A DNA stretch of 64,000 nucleotides. Origin: Adineta vaga (Eukaryota; Animalia; Rotifera). The stretch lies in assembly GCA_021613535.1 (NCBI GenBank), contig CP075493.1:3720001-3784000 (forward strand). The letters are read 5' to 3'. Below the pieces are notes generated by a model, which saw nothing but the letters and a program-made list of their open reading frames with translations, did no database searches and was not told the DNA's origin. Positions 40,454 through 54,075 of the stretch are shown one piece after another. Position 1 is the stretch's first letter; each line of letters begins with the position of its first letter. A program made the position numbers and the translations under genes.

Positions 40454-41495
40454 ATGTTGATTGTATATATTTCGTTTCTTTTAACGTGTCATTTACATAT
40501 TTCTGCTCTTCAATCATCACAATTGCATCTAAAATCTGCTGGTTCTGCTTTAAATGCTCTTGAACGTCTGTTAAATTTCTTTGAATCAAATCCAACCAAT
40601 TTAAATCTCGATGGTCTTTATGGTTTACGTATTGCTCAAGGTCAACTTCAAATTCTTGAACAATTGTTAAAGTCAACTGAAAATTATTTCATTGATAAAA
40701 ATCAGATCATTGATTCATTGTTAGATCAAACAGAACGTATAGCTAATCAAAGTTTAAATGCAATTGAACATAATGCAGCTTTCTATTTACATGATTTTTT
40801 TCTTATTGCTTCTCAACCATTTGTAATTGAATATCAAGCACGACGAATCGATAAGGATTTGATTGAATACAAAGGACGAAATTCTGAATTTGATGAAGAA
40901 AGTTCTGATCGATGTTTTGTTGAATTACTTTGTAAAATTTCAAAACTTATTTTTCTATATTAAATATTGAATACTTTTATGTTTAGCTTCAAGTAATCGT
41001 TCACAATGGGAAAAATGTTCGATTAGTAAAGCATGTTGGACAATGCAAACAGCTCAAATTGGTAAAGATTATCGTCTAACACATCAACTATTATGGTTTT
41101 TATTTGCAAAACATTTTGGTTGTATCAATCAAAATCATGGCAATGAACAATTAAATCGTTTAGAAGATCTCTTTTGTGCAAATATATATGAAGATGCCAA
41201 AATAAATCTAATGAATAATATCAATCAAGATCTATTTCTCGAACAATTATTAGTTTGTTCAATGATTGGTTATGAAGAATTTTTACGTTTAGATTGGTTT
41301 CGTATAGTATTAAGTTGGCAACATCCTGATTATGATTGTTATAGTGATGATTCGAAAAAAATCCGATTTCATCATATGAAAAATCGACATTTATTGTTTG
41401 AACAAGAAATGGATCATGGTTGTTTAGCACATAAAAGTGGATTAGCAGCTGGATTATTAGCTACTTATTCACGATTTTTTTTACAAAAGAATTAA
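40454..41495 (+). CDS. Secreted UPF0764 / C16orf89-like protein, 2 exons
   Basis: Signal peptide; NLDGLYGLRIAQGQL, FDEESSDRCF, YRLTHQLLW, DLFLEQ, GCLAHKSGLA are motifs of the C16orf89 family. Confidence 0.8.
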
Positions 41496-42013
41496 ACATA
41501 TTTTTACCCGTTGATTTTGTTTTCTCATATATATATATAGTAAAACACCTATTTCTTTATATAAGATTATGAAGAACAATTTGAAAGTGATGTAATTGAA
41601 TTCTTGACAAATTTTATTTAAATGTAAAATAAACAAAATCGACTTTCTAAAAAGAAAGTAAATGAAATTGAAAACATTAACGAAGGATTAAGATACTCGT
41701 TCTTCATCATTTATTCTTTACAATTACAGCATAGGTATATGTTCATAAGAGAAAAACTTCGAATATAAAGTCTTTCTTTTGTATGTTATCATGTATTGAG
41801 GATAAAATTTCTCTTCCAATCATCACTACTTACAAATGTTCATCGACAATGCTTAAATCTTAATGCAAACCGAATAAGAAAGCATGTACTGCTTGACGTA
41901 ATTTCATTCGAAAAGGCGGAGCGATTATTTTTACCTTTACAACACGTAAAGACAAATGTACAATCTTCTTTTTCACTTCATTGATATCGATCGTATACAC
42001 AATTGAAGCAAAA

Positions 42014-42673
42014 ATGCCTACGAAAACGACCATTAATGAATATGAACAACTTATTACTCTTCTCAATCAATTGATGAGTGAACGTGATATTTTATTTCGT
42101 GAAAATGAATATTTAAAAGCTAAATTAAATGAATCAATCTTAATTGAAACTGTTCATGAAATGAAAAAAGAACGAGATTATTTATTAAAATTATTATCAA
42201 ATTTAACAACAAAATATCATCATGAAAAGTATAAAGCTTCTTCTTCTTCTTCTTCTTCTATTTGAAATTATATCAATTTATTTTCTTTTCTGCTTAGCAA
42301 TGTTAATTCAGTTTATGGGACAATGAGCGATAAAAGTATCAATCAGAACAATTCAACTTTATCACATCAGAATCGTTCTTTAGCAATGACAAAGGATAAT
42401 ATTCATCGAGTAAAAGCAAATCTTGAGCAGCAGCAACAACAACAGCAACGATCAAAAGTTATTTATCGTGCTGATAATCGGAAAGATACTCTTGATCGTT
42501 TATCATCATCATCATCGACAACAACACCGTTAAAATCTTCTCAAACATCAAAACGAATGTTTTTTTATAAAGCTCCACAAACATTATTTCGAAAGCCTGA
42601 TATTCAATTAAAACATAGTCTAAACTCTCCATTTCAACATTATCGTTCTCAATCATTGCAAAATTTATCATAA
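42014..42673 (+). CDS. Uncharacterised protein with N-terminal coiled coil and S/Q-rich tail, 2 exons
   Basis: ORFs 41981-42265 and 42323-42673 join in frame through a GT-AG intron at about 42229-42297. Heptad pattern LMSERDILFRENEYLKAKL. Confidence 0.6.
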
Positions 42674-42830
42674 AAACATCTGTTGTATTATCCATTATTT
42701 ATTCTTGTTTCTTTCTTCTGTTTTCACCATTGAAAAGATAAAATTTACAAAATAATACATATATAAAGAATTTATTTTTCACAATATGAAAAAAATTACT
42801 AATACAAATAAGATATTCTCATTGCACATG

Positions 42831-43462
42831 TTATTTACAATGCTTTGATAGCCATCTCAAACCTTCAGATAAGCCATTTCCATTCAATGCAGAACAAGGC
42901 ATAATAGCATAAGAACGAGTTAATTTATCCAGATGTAAAACTTGACGAACTTCATCTGGCTGCATACTACCGGATATATCTTGTTTATTACATAGAACAA
43001 GCAAACTTATATTACGCATTTCACGATCAGTTAAGATTTTCTCTAATTCACGACGAGCTTCATCCACTCGTTCATAATCAGTTGAGTCAATAACAAAAAT
43101 TAAACCTTGAGAACCTGTATAATAATGACGCCATAATGGACGAATTTTATCCTAGAAATATTTTTACAAAATCAAACTGTTTGCTTTTTCAATAAACTTA
43201 CTTGTCCACCGACATCCCATACAGTAAAATGAACACGCTCAGAAATAACTGTTTCTACAGTAAATCCAACAGTGGGCAAAGTGGAACGAAATTCATGTAG
43301 ACGAAGACGTGAAAGTATGGATGTTTTACCAGCATTATCTAAATTGGAAACAAAGATAAAAATTAAATTTAAAACAATCATTCCATTCGTTAATATACCT
43401 AGTCCAAGCATTAATATTCGATAACGCTTTTTACCAAAAATCGATCCGAAAACAGCTCCCAT
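42831..43462 (-). CDS. ADP-ribosylation factor family GTPase, Arf6-like (divergent), 3 exons
   Basis: MG start; GL|DNAGKT; WDVGGQ|[22 protein letters not shown]; DREMR; NKQD; CSA. RHYYTG and DREMR are Arf6-type. Confidence 0.88.
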
Positions 43463-43990
43463 CGTTCGTATTTGATTAAGAATTCTTCATATACTATTTT
43501 CTTACGTACATATTTCTTTAATAAACAAGATTAGTAATCTCGACAAATTCTATTAGATATGACTCATTGCATTAGACATTATTTTGACATTTACCAATAG
43601 AAATATTCAAGAGGGCGGTAATAAAGATTGCTCACTTGACGACAAAGATGGATGGTGAACAGTCCAGTAAGATTGTTACTATTGACAGCATATTTTTGAG
43701 GATATGTGTAAAAGAAAAAAACGAATACGATTCATTTTCAAATCAAATAGAATTTGATGAAAATTGCAATTTCTGTTTGTTAATAATAAAAATATACATC
43801 TATTTTTGTCAAGATGAAAGAACAGAAACAATCTCTACATATCGAAAGTAATCTGTAAGACTTAAGATGTATGTTTTTTTGGAAAGAATCAATTGCTGTC
43901 ATATTTCGGTATGAGTTAAAGATTAAACTGAGAATGGAATGGAAAAGAATGAAAAAAAAGAGAGACAAGTCACCTTATCTCGTAAAATAC

Positions 43991-44070
43991 TGACAGCGGT
44001 GGGATTCGAACCCACGCCTTTTACGACTGGTGCCTAAAACCAGCGCCTTAGACCACTCGGCCACACTGCC
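43991..44070 (-). tRNA. tRNA-Leu, anticodon UAG
   Basis: GGCAGTGTGGCCGAGTGGTCTAAGGCGCTGGTTTTAGGCACCAGTCGTAAAAGGCGTGGGTTCGAATCCCACCGCTGTCA has an acceptor stem, A and B boxes, anticodon stem CTGGT/ACCAG with TAG, a variable arm, and a TTTT terminator just downstream. Confidence 0.97.
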
Positions 44071-44606
44071 GTTCTTCATCAACAGCTCATTAATATATCA
44101 TCGAAGAAAATCTTCTCATACGTGAGTTCACAACTACTCGATGATCATTTTCTCTTTCCATTCCATGTTAACGTTCGGTATATATATATATATATGCTTG
44201 TAATCGATTGAATGAATTCAGCGAATATACACTTAGTATAGATTATCGAATAAAACTGTGTACTAAGTATTGTGTGTGTTTGTATGTGACAAGACTGAGG
44301 GTAAATATTTAATCATATTTCTTTTACTAGAGGAGAGCAAGCATTCTATCGTATACAATGAAAAATCATTAGTACATTCGGATAGCTGACACATGATCAA
44401 TATTTATCCAGTCATTAAAATTACAAATACAGATTAAATTTTCTCTGATAGTTTAGTCTATTTCACAAAGAGTTTGAATAATGTATTCTTTCTCTGTAGA
44501 CAATACTTGCAATGCAGAAGTATTGAAGAAAGTTCTCTCATTGAACTTAGTGTGTGACGATAACAATAACGAGAAAAAAAGATAAGTATTTTTAGTTCAC
44601 TTGAAT

Positions 44607-44806
44607 CTATACAATGCTGTTTTGTTCAATAGAAGGTGTAGATAAATGTGTCTGAAATATGATAGGAAAACAAACAAAATAATGCAGTCAAATCTAAGTA
44701 ATAGTGTATAAAAAATACTGACCAGATGTTTTTTATATATCAATATCAAAGTTTATAATTACATGGCATTGATCTAAAATTTCCGATGATATTGTTCGTC
44801 TGTCTG
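44607..44806 (-). CDS. Candidate alternative terminal exons (44806-44763, 44651-44607) of the 44926-52087 gene
   Basis: A phase-1 donor GTATTG at 44972 joins acceptor TAG|CAG to give ADRRTISSEILDQCH. A phase-0 GTAATT...TTTCAG intron then gives THLSTPSIEQNSIV*. Confidence 0.5.
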
Positions 44807-44925
44807 CTAAATGACAGGATTTAATAATAATAACATCTCTTTCGGAAAAAAATACAAAATAAAAAAAAGAAAAAAGAACACTGATAAATTGTAATGAAGA
44901 GAAGAAGAAGAAGAAAAAGAAAAAA

Positions 44926-47900
44926 CTAAAATTTTCGTTTTGGTGTTAATGTTGAGGATGTATCCTCAATACCATCTTTTAAGAATGAACTAAGATCGCA
45001 AACAAATAAACCTTGATTATTTGTTTCAGTTGATTGATCACGTAAAGATTTTGGCGGTGTTTGAGCAGCTTTTGTTTGACGATGACCATTTATTGGAGAA
45101 TCAAGTGTTTGAGCTGATGATGTCATCATATGAAGACTTTTTTCATAGGATGTACTTCGATCGTGTCTTGTCGGTGACAATATTTCCGTATTTGTTTGAA
45201 CATTTTTTAATTCACGTGGTGTTTTAACTGTTGATGGTGATGATGTGGATGTTGCTATAGAAGAATCATCACTTCTTTGTGATGAGAAAGTGATTTTTTT
45301 CACCGTTTGAATATTTACTTGAAGACCAACATCACGTGTACTGATATTATTTCGACTTGTATTACTACGTGATTTATGTCGTCGATGGCGATGATGATGA
45401 TGATGTTGATGAGGATCGGTTGTTGATGATGAACCGGTTGACAATGGAGATGGAGATGAATCAAGTTGAATTCTTGCTCGAGTTGAGTCGATGTCTTCAG
45501 TTGGAGCAATTGTTAGTAGTGTTTGAAATGAACCATCACGCTTTTCAATCATCACCATTCGAGATGTTGTTGGAGTATGTGAACGTTGACGACAAGAAGG
45601 AGAAGTAGCATCATCAATATATTGTAACTAAAGAATGAAAGAAGACAATTCAGTGCGTGTGTCGAAAGAAAATATGAAGTGTGACATCTGAAGAATGTTC
45701 TTGTGTATAACTCAATGAGTGTAGATAGTAAATTTGAGTTTCTAAATAAATAAATAAATAAAATTGATACATACATTTGGTGATGTTCTTCTCATATGTT
45801 CAATAGTTGTCGGTGATGCTGATGGTGGTGGTTCTATTGTTGTTGTTTGATGACGAACAACTGAATAAAGTGTTGTGGGATCTGGTTGTTGAATAATAAC
45901 GGATTGATTTTCTAAATCTACAAAGGATGAAAATGTTGCCATTGTCCATGTTAATTGTGTTTGTGAAGCACAAGATTTTTTTTCATTTCGATTTTGTATT
46001 TTATTCGTTGGTGAAGAATCAGGATAGAGAATATTATCATAAAGTGATTGAGTATTTGCATAGACAGGTTCTTGTTGCGAAATTGGAAATTGACTATAAG
46101 TTGATTCAATACGACGTGGTGCTTTAACAGAAGAATTTTCTACAGGTATCAATGGAGAATGACAATCGGACAATTTTCCATAAGCATTATTATCAAGTGA
46201 AGCTTGAGACATAGTTCGAAAATTATCGACTGTCGAACTATAAGTAATAGGAATATTTGTTGATATATTCTGTGGTGAAAGAGGAAAATTTGATGAATAG
46301 GGTCTGGGTAATATTAAACGATTATTTGTTGATGATAGTTGATATACTTCTATCTGACTACGACGATGTGTGGAAGAAAAATAGGATGATTGATTTAAAG
46401 CTCGTGCATAATGATCAATTGTTGGATGACATTGAATTGAATTAAGTGGTAATGGTGGTGGAATATAATCATTATGTTCTTCATAACGTAGTTCTCGTCG
46501 ACTGGATTTATTATTGAGACGATCAGCAGAACGACTCAAATGCTGTGTTTGCTGTTTTTGAGAATTTGACTGAGAAGATTTATTTGTTGATGGTATACCC
46601 CCAATAGATGTTCGACTTTGATGTTGTCCTTCGACTCCGCCTCCACAACGTATTGATGAAAAAATTGTATTTGAATAACGACGAGATGTGTCACGATAGA
46701 TAACACTATTTGAATTATTAACTTTATCGTTCGATTGATGATGATGATGATGTTGATGAGAAGATGTTTTCGGAAGATTTCTTTCTTGATTTTCGTTGGC
46801 AACTGGATTAATAGCAGTTGATGAACGAGTTGGAGAAAGATTTTTCTAAATAATTTTAAGAAGATTCTTTAGATGAATTCTTTTCTTTTTGTTCTTCATT
46901 TGCGGAAAGAAACATTTTCTTTCGCACCGATTATTTTTCAAAACAGGAAGAATAAACTTATTGAAAAAGATTATCCTCTTAACAAAGCATAACATTTACT
47001 TTTCTCTTTTATTTTTCAATTGGAAATAAAGAAGAAGAAAAAAGAAAAAAAGCTTCATTCATGTGTAAAACACCAATACTTTCTTTTTTTACTTAATCAA
47101 GAAAAAAAGACGAGGAATCTATATGAACAATGAAGAATATTTGAATCCTCTTAAGTAGAAGAAAAAAAAACTCGAGACTGTGCAACATTTTCTTCACAAA
47201 TCATTATCTAGATCATACATAACAATTAAAAAAGAAGAAGAAACTTCAAGTAAAGTACATATGTTCGCTGTATGGACGAGGACATCACATACACAAACGC
47301 AAACAACATCCGTCTTTTCTTCTGCTTCTTTTTTCTCATTATTGTTTTTCTTCCCCCTTTTTTTCTCATTCCCATAAGACTACAAATGGTAAACGAGATC
47401 CAGTCTATCGATAATCGATCACAGTCTTATAGACATAGACATATGTCTTCCTTTTCAATAAAATAAAATGTCTACCTATTCTACTCACACAAATAAATTA
47501 ATAATAAGTATTCATTGGCATAATGATTGTAAATAGTTTACAATGACCAGTAGTTTTTATTAGTATGCATAATCAATTACTTGTCCCTGTCCGTGTTTTT
47601 ACACACTTTATTCTTTGTTCGTCTCGTCTGCCGATGTGAGTTTATTTGATCTAAATCATCTCTCGTGCGACGCGACGTCAAGGTGTAGCGTTTAAAATTC
47701 CTCTCTTCAGTGTTTTTTTTCTTGTTCTCTTGTTCTCACTCTTTCTTCAATGTTTGTATATGTAATGTAAAAGCGAGCAAATTCATCGTTCAAACGCGTA
47801 GATGGACGCACATTTTCGTATTTACTATTCATTGTCGCGCGATGATGAGTATGTATTAGATCGGCGGTCGCGCCGTCTGATGTCAGTTGTAGTTGTACTA

Positions 47901-50900
47901 ATAGTATTAGTCATGCTAGTATCTGCTCTTTAGTATATTTATTGGACTCGTCATGATACGAACTCAAACCGTACAAAAGAAAAGAAATGGTAAAATAACA
48001 ACAATTAATTCTTATGATATAGAAAGGAAGAAAAAAAACTGAGAATGCAATTAAGACAATTTGACTTTAGTTGCCGTCTTTTGTTAGAAAGACCACATAC
48101 TTGTACAATATATGTTGTTGTTGTTGTTGTTATTATTATTGTTCTTTGAATTGTAAGCTACACTCATTGCAAAAAAAATGTAGATGGTAACTTGAAGGTT
48201 ATGAATATTAATGTCCGTCGAACATGTCGCAAAAGGAAAAACCGCAACACAAAGAGAGAGAAAAACAGAAAGAAAAAAAGAAGAAGAAAGAAAAGCGCAA
48301 AATATGATGATGATGATGATGACGATGTTAGAGTGTCTTCTGCTCTTTCTTTCTCAGCATCTTACTACTTTTCTTCTTGATATAAAGCTTTTGTTACTCT
48401 TACACATTGCATTCGTTGTTCTTAGTCGTTGTGTGAACGATTTGTTTTGTCATAAGAACGATGAAAGAATGAGCGAACATCGAAGAGCTCTTGCTTTCTT
48501 ATTATTATTGAACGATGATTTGTCGCTTATTCGTTCTCGATTCACTAAGAAAACAAGCGAATCACTATATCGTAAAATTAGATAAGCACATAGCACACGT
48601 GTAGGCATGCGTTCGTCTCATATAACAGCAAAGATGAAAGAAGGAATGTGTAGATGAATAGAAGAGGAAATCAACTTTTATGGTCTCTATCATACTCATC
48701 TTCAGTCTTTTTCACTCACTTAAACGGTATAGATATTCTTTTTTTTCTCTCTATTTCTCTCTATTCGCTCTTTACAATGAAATACACCTAAATAATTGAA
48801 TCGTATTTGATTAATCTGCTGTCTTGCATATGATCTTGTCTGTATCAGACAAGAGAAATCTTTCCATAAAAGAAGCAAAGCAAAACATAATAACTACATG
48901 AAAGAGAAAAATGTCTTTCTGATATGTATGCTTATCCATTTGTCACGACTGTTAGAGAATAACAAATGTCCGGGTTTATATATATATATATTTATATTGA
49001 TAACGTATAGCTACTATGATAAACAATATAAAACAGAAACATTCTATGTGTTAAAAAATCATATTTCTTATTTTTTTGCACGGCAAAAACGAAGAGATAT
49101 GAAGAAGAATTATTTCCTGATGTCTATGTTAATGCACGTTAGAAAGAGAAGAAAAGAAGAAAAAAAGATGAGCAACATGTATTCGCGTAAATTATAGCCG
49201 ACAACAAGAATACGCCTTCTGTTAACGATGCTATTGAAAGACAAGATAAATCGACAATAAAAAGAAAAAAAAACTAGAGAAGCAATGATGATTGCCCGAA
49301 AAAAAAGAATAAGAAGAAGTAATTAGATAAATAGTAGTGTTTGATTTCTTTGGATCTTCTTACTATCTTTCTTTTTTTCAAAGAAAATCTTCTATAGAAA
49401 GATGATAATAACTATGAATAAGACATTTAATTTGTACTTACATTTTCGTCCGGATCAATGCTACCTCGTTTTGACAAGTCATTTTCAGACTTAGTTCGAG
49501 AGTGTTTCTATAATTAAAAAGAAAAACAGAGAATGTCCCACATGTTTTCAATTGTATTTCGAATTAATATATGCATGTCTCAACTGACGTTTCATGCTTA
49601 TATTTAGAAAAACTTACTTTAACACGAAATAATTTCATTGCCCTATAATGAGAGATTAACAGGCACTAGACGGCGTGACTAGAGGTTCTCTAATACCATT
49701 CTCTCATGATAATAATAACAATAACAACCAGTACAACGTGAAGAACAGGAGAGGATGAAATGTCGATTATAGAACTGGAAGCTCATCGTCATCATCCTTA
49801 TATTACTCGTAGTTAGGAGAGAAAAAGAACGATTTCCTGTTCGTCTCCTTTTTTTTCTCGTTTTTTTCAATTTTTTTCAACATGCTATATACGCACGCAT
49901 TCACAGAAAACGTCTAACGAGCCATCACATAAGCGCGCAGATACCTAAGCCACCCGATTCAAAAGAAAGAAAGCAGAAAGAAAAAAAAAGAAAACGTCCG
50001 CCATAGTATAGTAAAGAATACTTATTTCTAAATATGTTTTTCACCGAAATGCCTAAGTACTGAACTGCACTGCCGCATATTTTTCACGCTTTTACAACGC
50101 AACTAAATAAATATATATTACTATTCTCAAGTATAAAAGAACAGACGTGATGTTTCTTTCGTTTTCAACTAAATCTACAAACGAGGAAAGAATAAAGCGA
50201 ATGAATGATTAAATATTATTTCCGATAGGAAAACGAAGAATGTCTATAAACTAACGAGTGTTTTTCATCAATTCAATCTAATTGATTTCAAGATTTTTGA
50301 AATAAGAAAGAAACTTCATTGAACTATTGCTTTGTATGTATATAACTATTGTCATAGTTATCAGATAACACTTGAAGAGATATTTAGTTACATCTATATT
50401 GATATACAATCTAATGTAATCGAATTTCTATTTGATCAAAAGAAGAAATCATAACATATTCTCGTATTGTTGTTTTTACTTTTCTTTTGATGTTGATGAT
50501 GTAATTAAACATATTGAGCTCTTCAAAATATCCAACAAGTGTACTGACGCGTACGATCACGCATATTGATAGAGACAAATTTCGATATAATGATGATGAT
50601 GATGATGATGTTCAATGAGTCTGTCACGTAGATCGAAAATCAAAACTATCAACTTTATTTTTGAGCTTCAGAAAGTCACACATCTTTTTGTTCATGTCAA
50701 AAACGATCAATTCACTAAACAGGAATGAAATGTGTAGATTAGAAACTTGTCATTAAAACACCTCTTTTTTTACTTTTCAAAAAGAAAGACATAGAAATAA
50801 CACAAAGAAAAATTGAGTTATTTTCTTCTTCGACTTAGATTAGAAATAGATAAATGAGTTTTTTTTATATTGACATAATCCACAGGATCTAATGAGAAAC

Positions 50901-52087
50901 AAATGTATGGCGTAAAAGGTCAAATTAAGCATGTGTATTGTGGTATAAAATAACTAGAAGACTAATTATAATTTTATTCTTTTCTTGAACCATTTTGAAC
51001 ACAGTATGATTTTCCTCTCTTCATTTACAATAACTTTCAAACTTTTTACATGTCAACATAGATAACCTTCAAAATGTCTATTCGACAATAATTGACAGTA
51101 GATTAACTATAAGCAATTTCGTCCCAAAGAAAAGACAACTTTACTTTCCTTTTTCTTACTAAATAAATACAATTATTATCAAAATCTATGTGAGATGTCT
51201 AATTATCCAATATATTTCTATGATTTCTATTAAAACTTATGTCTATCTATATTTCATTTTTCTTTTTCTTTTTCTTTTACTTGTCATCAACTCAATATAG
51301 ATACTATAGTTGAAGACCAATTATGAATATACAGATAGGCGTATAGGTTGCTCATCATGGTCGACCTATTTTATTACGTTTGTTCAAATTATTATCAATG
51401 TTAATTGTTAAACGAAAGTTCGGTCACTTGTCTTTTCTCTCTCTCTCCCTCTCTCTCTCTCTCTGTCTCGCTTTCAATAATGTTTCTCAATTGCAGACAT
51501 TCTCAGATCATCTTACATTGTCATTCTAACATTGTTATTCTTGTATCGATACATTCAATCACGTTTTTGTGAGACAATAGATTCTATAGTATACGCATAA
51601 AGAAGTATAGAAAAATAGAAACTTTCAATGATCAATTGTTAGTAAAAGAAAGGTGTCGTATTAGACAATTGATCACTTCTACTTAGCCGGTATGCTTGTC
51701 AAATATACATAAGAAAAATAAATAACAGCTCACTTCTGTTGATATTGTTCTTGAATTGGTCTTCATATGTATTGCTCGTTCTGAACTACACGAAGAAAAC
51801 CATTTTGACCATCGTTTTCTCCATGATAACGGATTTTTCATTGATATTTGTTGATGTTGTCGTTGACTACTTACAGAAATATTTTCTTGATTAGCATTAA
51901 GAGCAGTAGGAGACATTGATATGACTTGTGCTTTTTTTGATAATGATAATGATACTAACTGCTGTTGCTTCGCTATTCTCTTCTTCCATTGATGATGAGG
52001 ATGTGGTGGATTGTTATTATTATTATTATTATTATTATTTGAATCGATCGTGGTTACGTTACTCTTCATTGCTCTGTGATGTTCCAT
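44926..52087 (-). CDS. Intrinsically disordered orphan scaffold protein of about 708 aa (exons 52087-51734, 46845-45775, 45627-44926), with likely alternative first and last exons
   Basis: All three junctions are phase-0 GT-AG (ISTE|KNLSPT, SPN|LQYIDD). Exon 2 is open from its acceptor and has no early ATG. S/T/P/H-rich sequence. The 4.9-kb first intron is inferred from phase compatibility. Confidence 0.65.
49618..49638 (-). CDS. Candidate alternative first coding exon (MKLFRVK) of the 44926-52087 gene
   Basis: ATG AAA TTA TTT CGT GTT AAA followed by a perfect GTAAGT donor in phase 0, compatible with the 46845 acceptor. A CpG-enriched patch lies upstream at about 49890-50100. Confidence 0.5.
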
Positions 52088-54075
52088 ATCTTCTTTCTTC
52101 TTCTATCAATTGTTGTATACAAAAAAGAAATGAATACAGGTCATAAAAGAAGAAACGATCAATGTTCAATCATTTCTTTCTTTTTTTCTTCTTCTCGATA
52201 TTCTTTTCGTTAGGTTTTTTTACTTGATATATTGAACATTGATGGTAAATTAATTAGGACAGCAAGGACGTGAAATAAAGCGAACGAAAGTTTAATGATA
52301 ATGATTGTATAAAAAGAATGAGAACAACGAAATGATCTATGTTTTGATACATGTATCTTCTAGCTGTCCACTATACGCCAGTGATCAAAACCATCTATCA
52401 TGGATAATCGTGTTATTATGAGATGTGTATGATTATTATTTGAGGACGAATGAAGTAGGAGGAGGAATATCTGCTTCGCCAACGGCAATGGACACGTTGT
52501 GACAAACCTACAATCAATACAAAACGAGAGAAAGAAAAGCAGAAGAAAAAAGAAGAAGAAGAAGAAGAGAAAAAAATCAATGACATTTTGATCATAAAAA
52601 TAAGAGATAGAGAGAAATATTCAGACGTGAGACAGACAGGTGATCATAGTTGAATAGGTGTCATGATACGCGTCTATATATTCCCTCCTATCTTTCAAAA
52701 TTATTGATGATCGAAGTGAAAAAAAGTGTTTCGATCTTCCTTCTGACTTCATCCTAAACGGTTTTAATGATCAGTCATTTTTATCCTAGTGTGACTATTT
52801 ACATGTCTAATCATTAAAAAGACATCAACATTGTTTTTTTAATATAAAGACATTTATCTTTCATTCATCCACGTATATAAAAACCCTTCCGGCAAATGAT
52901 CGTTCATTGATTCTATCAGTTAACTTCTTACTTTATTTGATCGAAAAGTAAAAATGCATAGAGATATAGATTAGTTTTTGTCTTTCACTTTTCGATACGC
53001 TTGTACTTCTTAACTAATAAGTCGTAAAAAAGAAAAAGAACGATCATTTAGGATGATACGAAAGAAAGAAATACAAACTAATCTTGATGATGTAATTATG
53101 ACTTTGTTGATGTTAGAAGTAGCAATGATGACTTTGTTTTATGTATGGTCTATGAGATTTCTTATTATGACATAGAAAATTGATGAGAAAAAAAAGTTAC
53201 TTCTCTCATTGTCAATCGATATGTCGTTTTTCTTTCTGCTTTTTATGCATTGTTGAAAAAAATTCTATTTGATGTGAACATATTGATAAGGATGAAATAG
53301 GTTGTGACAAAATAAGAAATTTTGAATGACACTAATTGATTCGATTTAAAAAGCCATGTACCTTGAAATATTATGAAGATGTTCTCGTCAAATTATAGAC
53401 AAGAATAAATAGGTTATTAACGTAAAGGATATTTCCGTCTTTATTTTAATGTACAGTAACGTCTGTTAACGATCTATCAACTATAATCTTTTCCCTAAGA
53501 CTCTAGTGCTAAAGAGAACTCCTATTATAATGAGAATAATCAATTTTGATGATTTCTTTTTTCTTCTAATGACAAGTACTATAAAATAAACTCGATGATA
53601 ATTATATTCGCATAATGAGTAAATTAAACGATCAACTGTTAACTATTTCAAAAGATGTCTAAACATTTCATGATTATTTTATCATTTTTGGCATTCTTTG
53701 TAAAATAATCTCACGAGCACAAAGTGAACAAAAAACATTTGACAAATTTCGGTAAATAATTTTTCAAAAAACGTTTATTTTCTCTCCATTGTAATGTAAT
53801 TAAGCACATAAAAAAAGTCATTAGAATAAGATCGTGCCCATATTTGAATTGAATGGATAGTTGAATTTGGTGGTAAGCAGAAAGATAATAATGTGCAAAT
53901 GCTACTCTATAGAAAAGTAAAGACGTGTATCGTCTTTGAATATAATATGACAGTAATGAGCTTTTTTATAGCAGGGATCATTTCATACTAAATATGTTTA
54001 TCAAAATGAGTGTAAAGAAACATGGCAATCAAACTGATGTTTTGACATATTGCAACCTGATATATGAAAACTTAT

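Noticed and set aside
44225-44278. Imperfect AT-rich hairpin around ACTTAGTA/TACTAAGT
   Set aside because: Needs several bulges and G-U pairs with a GT microsatellite; weak stability and no known seed.
47842-47880. ATGATGA...CTGA resembling a C/D box snoRNA
   Set aside because: About 40 nt long, no terminal stem, antisense to the host intron, and no recognised rRNA target.
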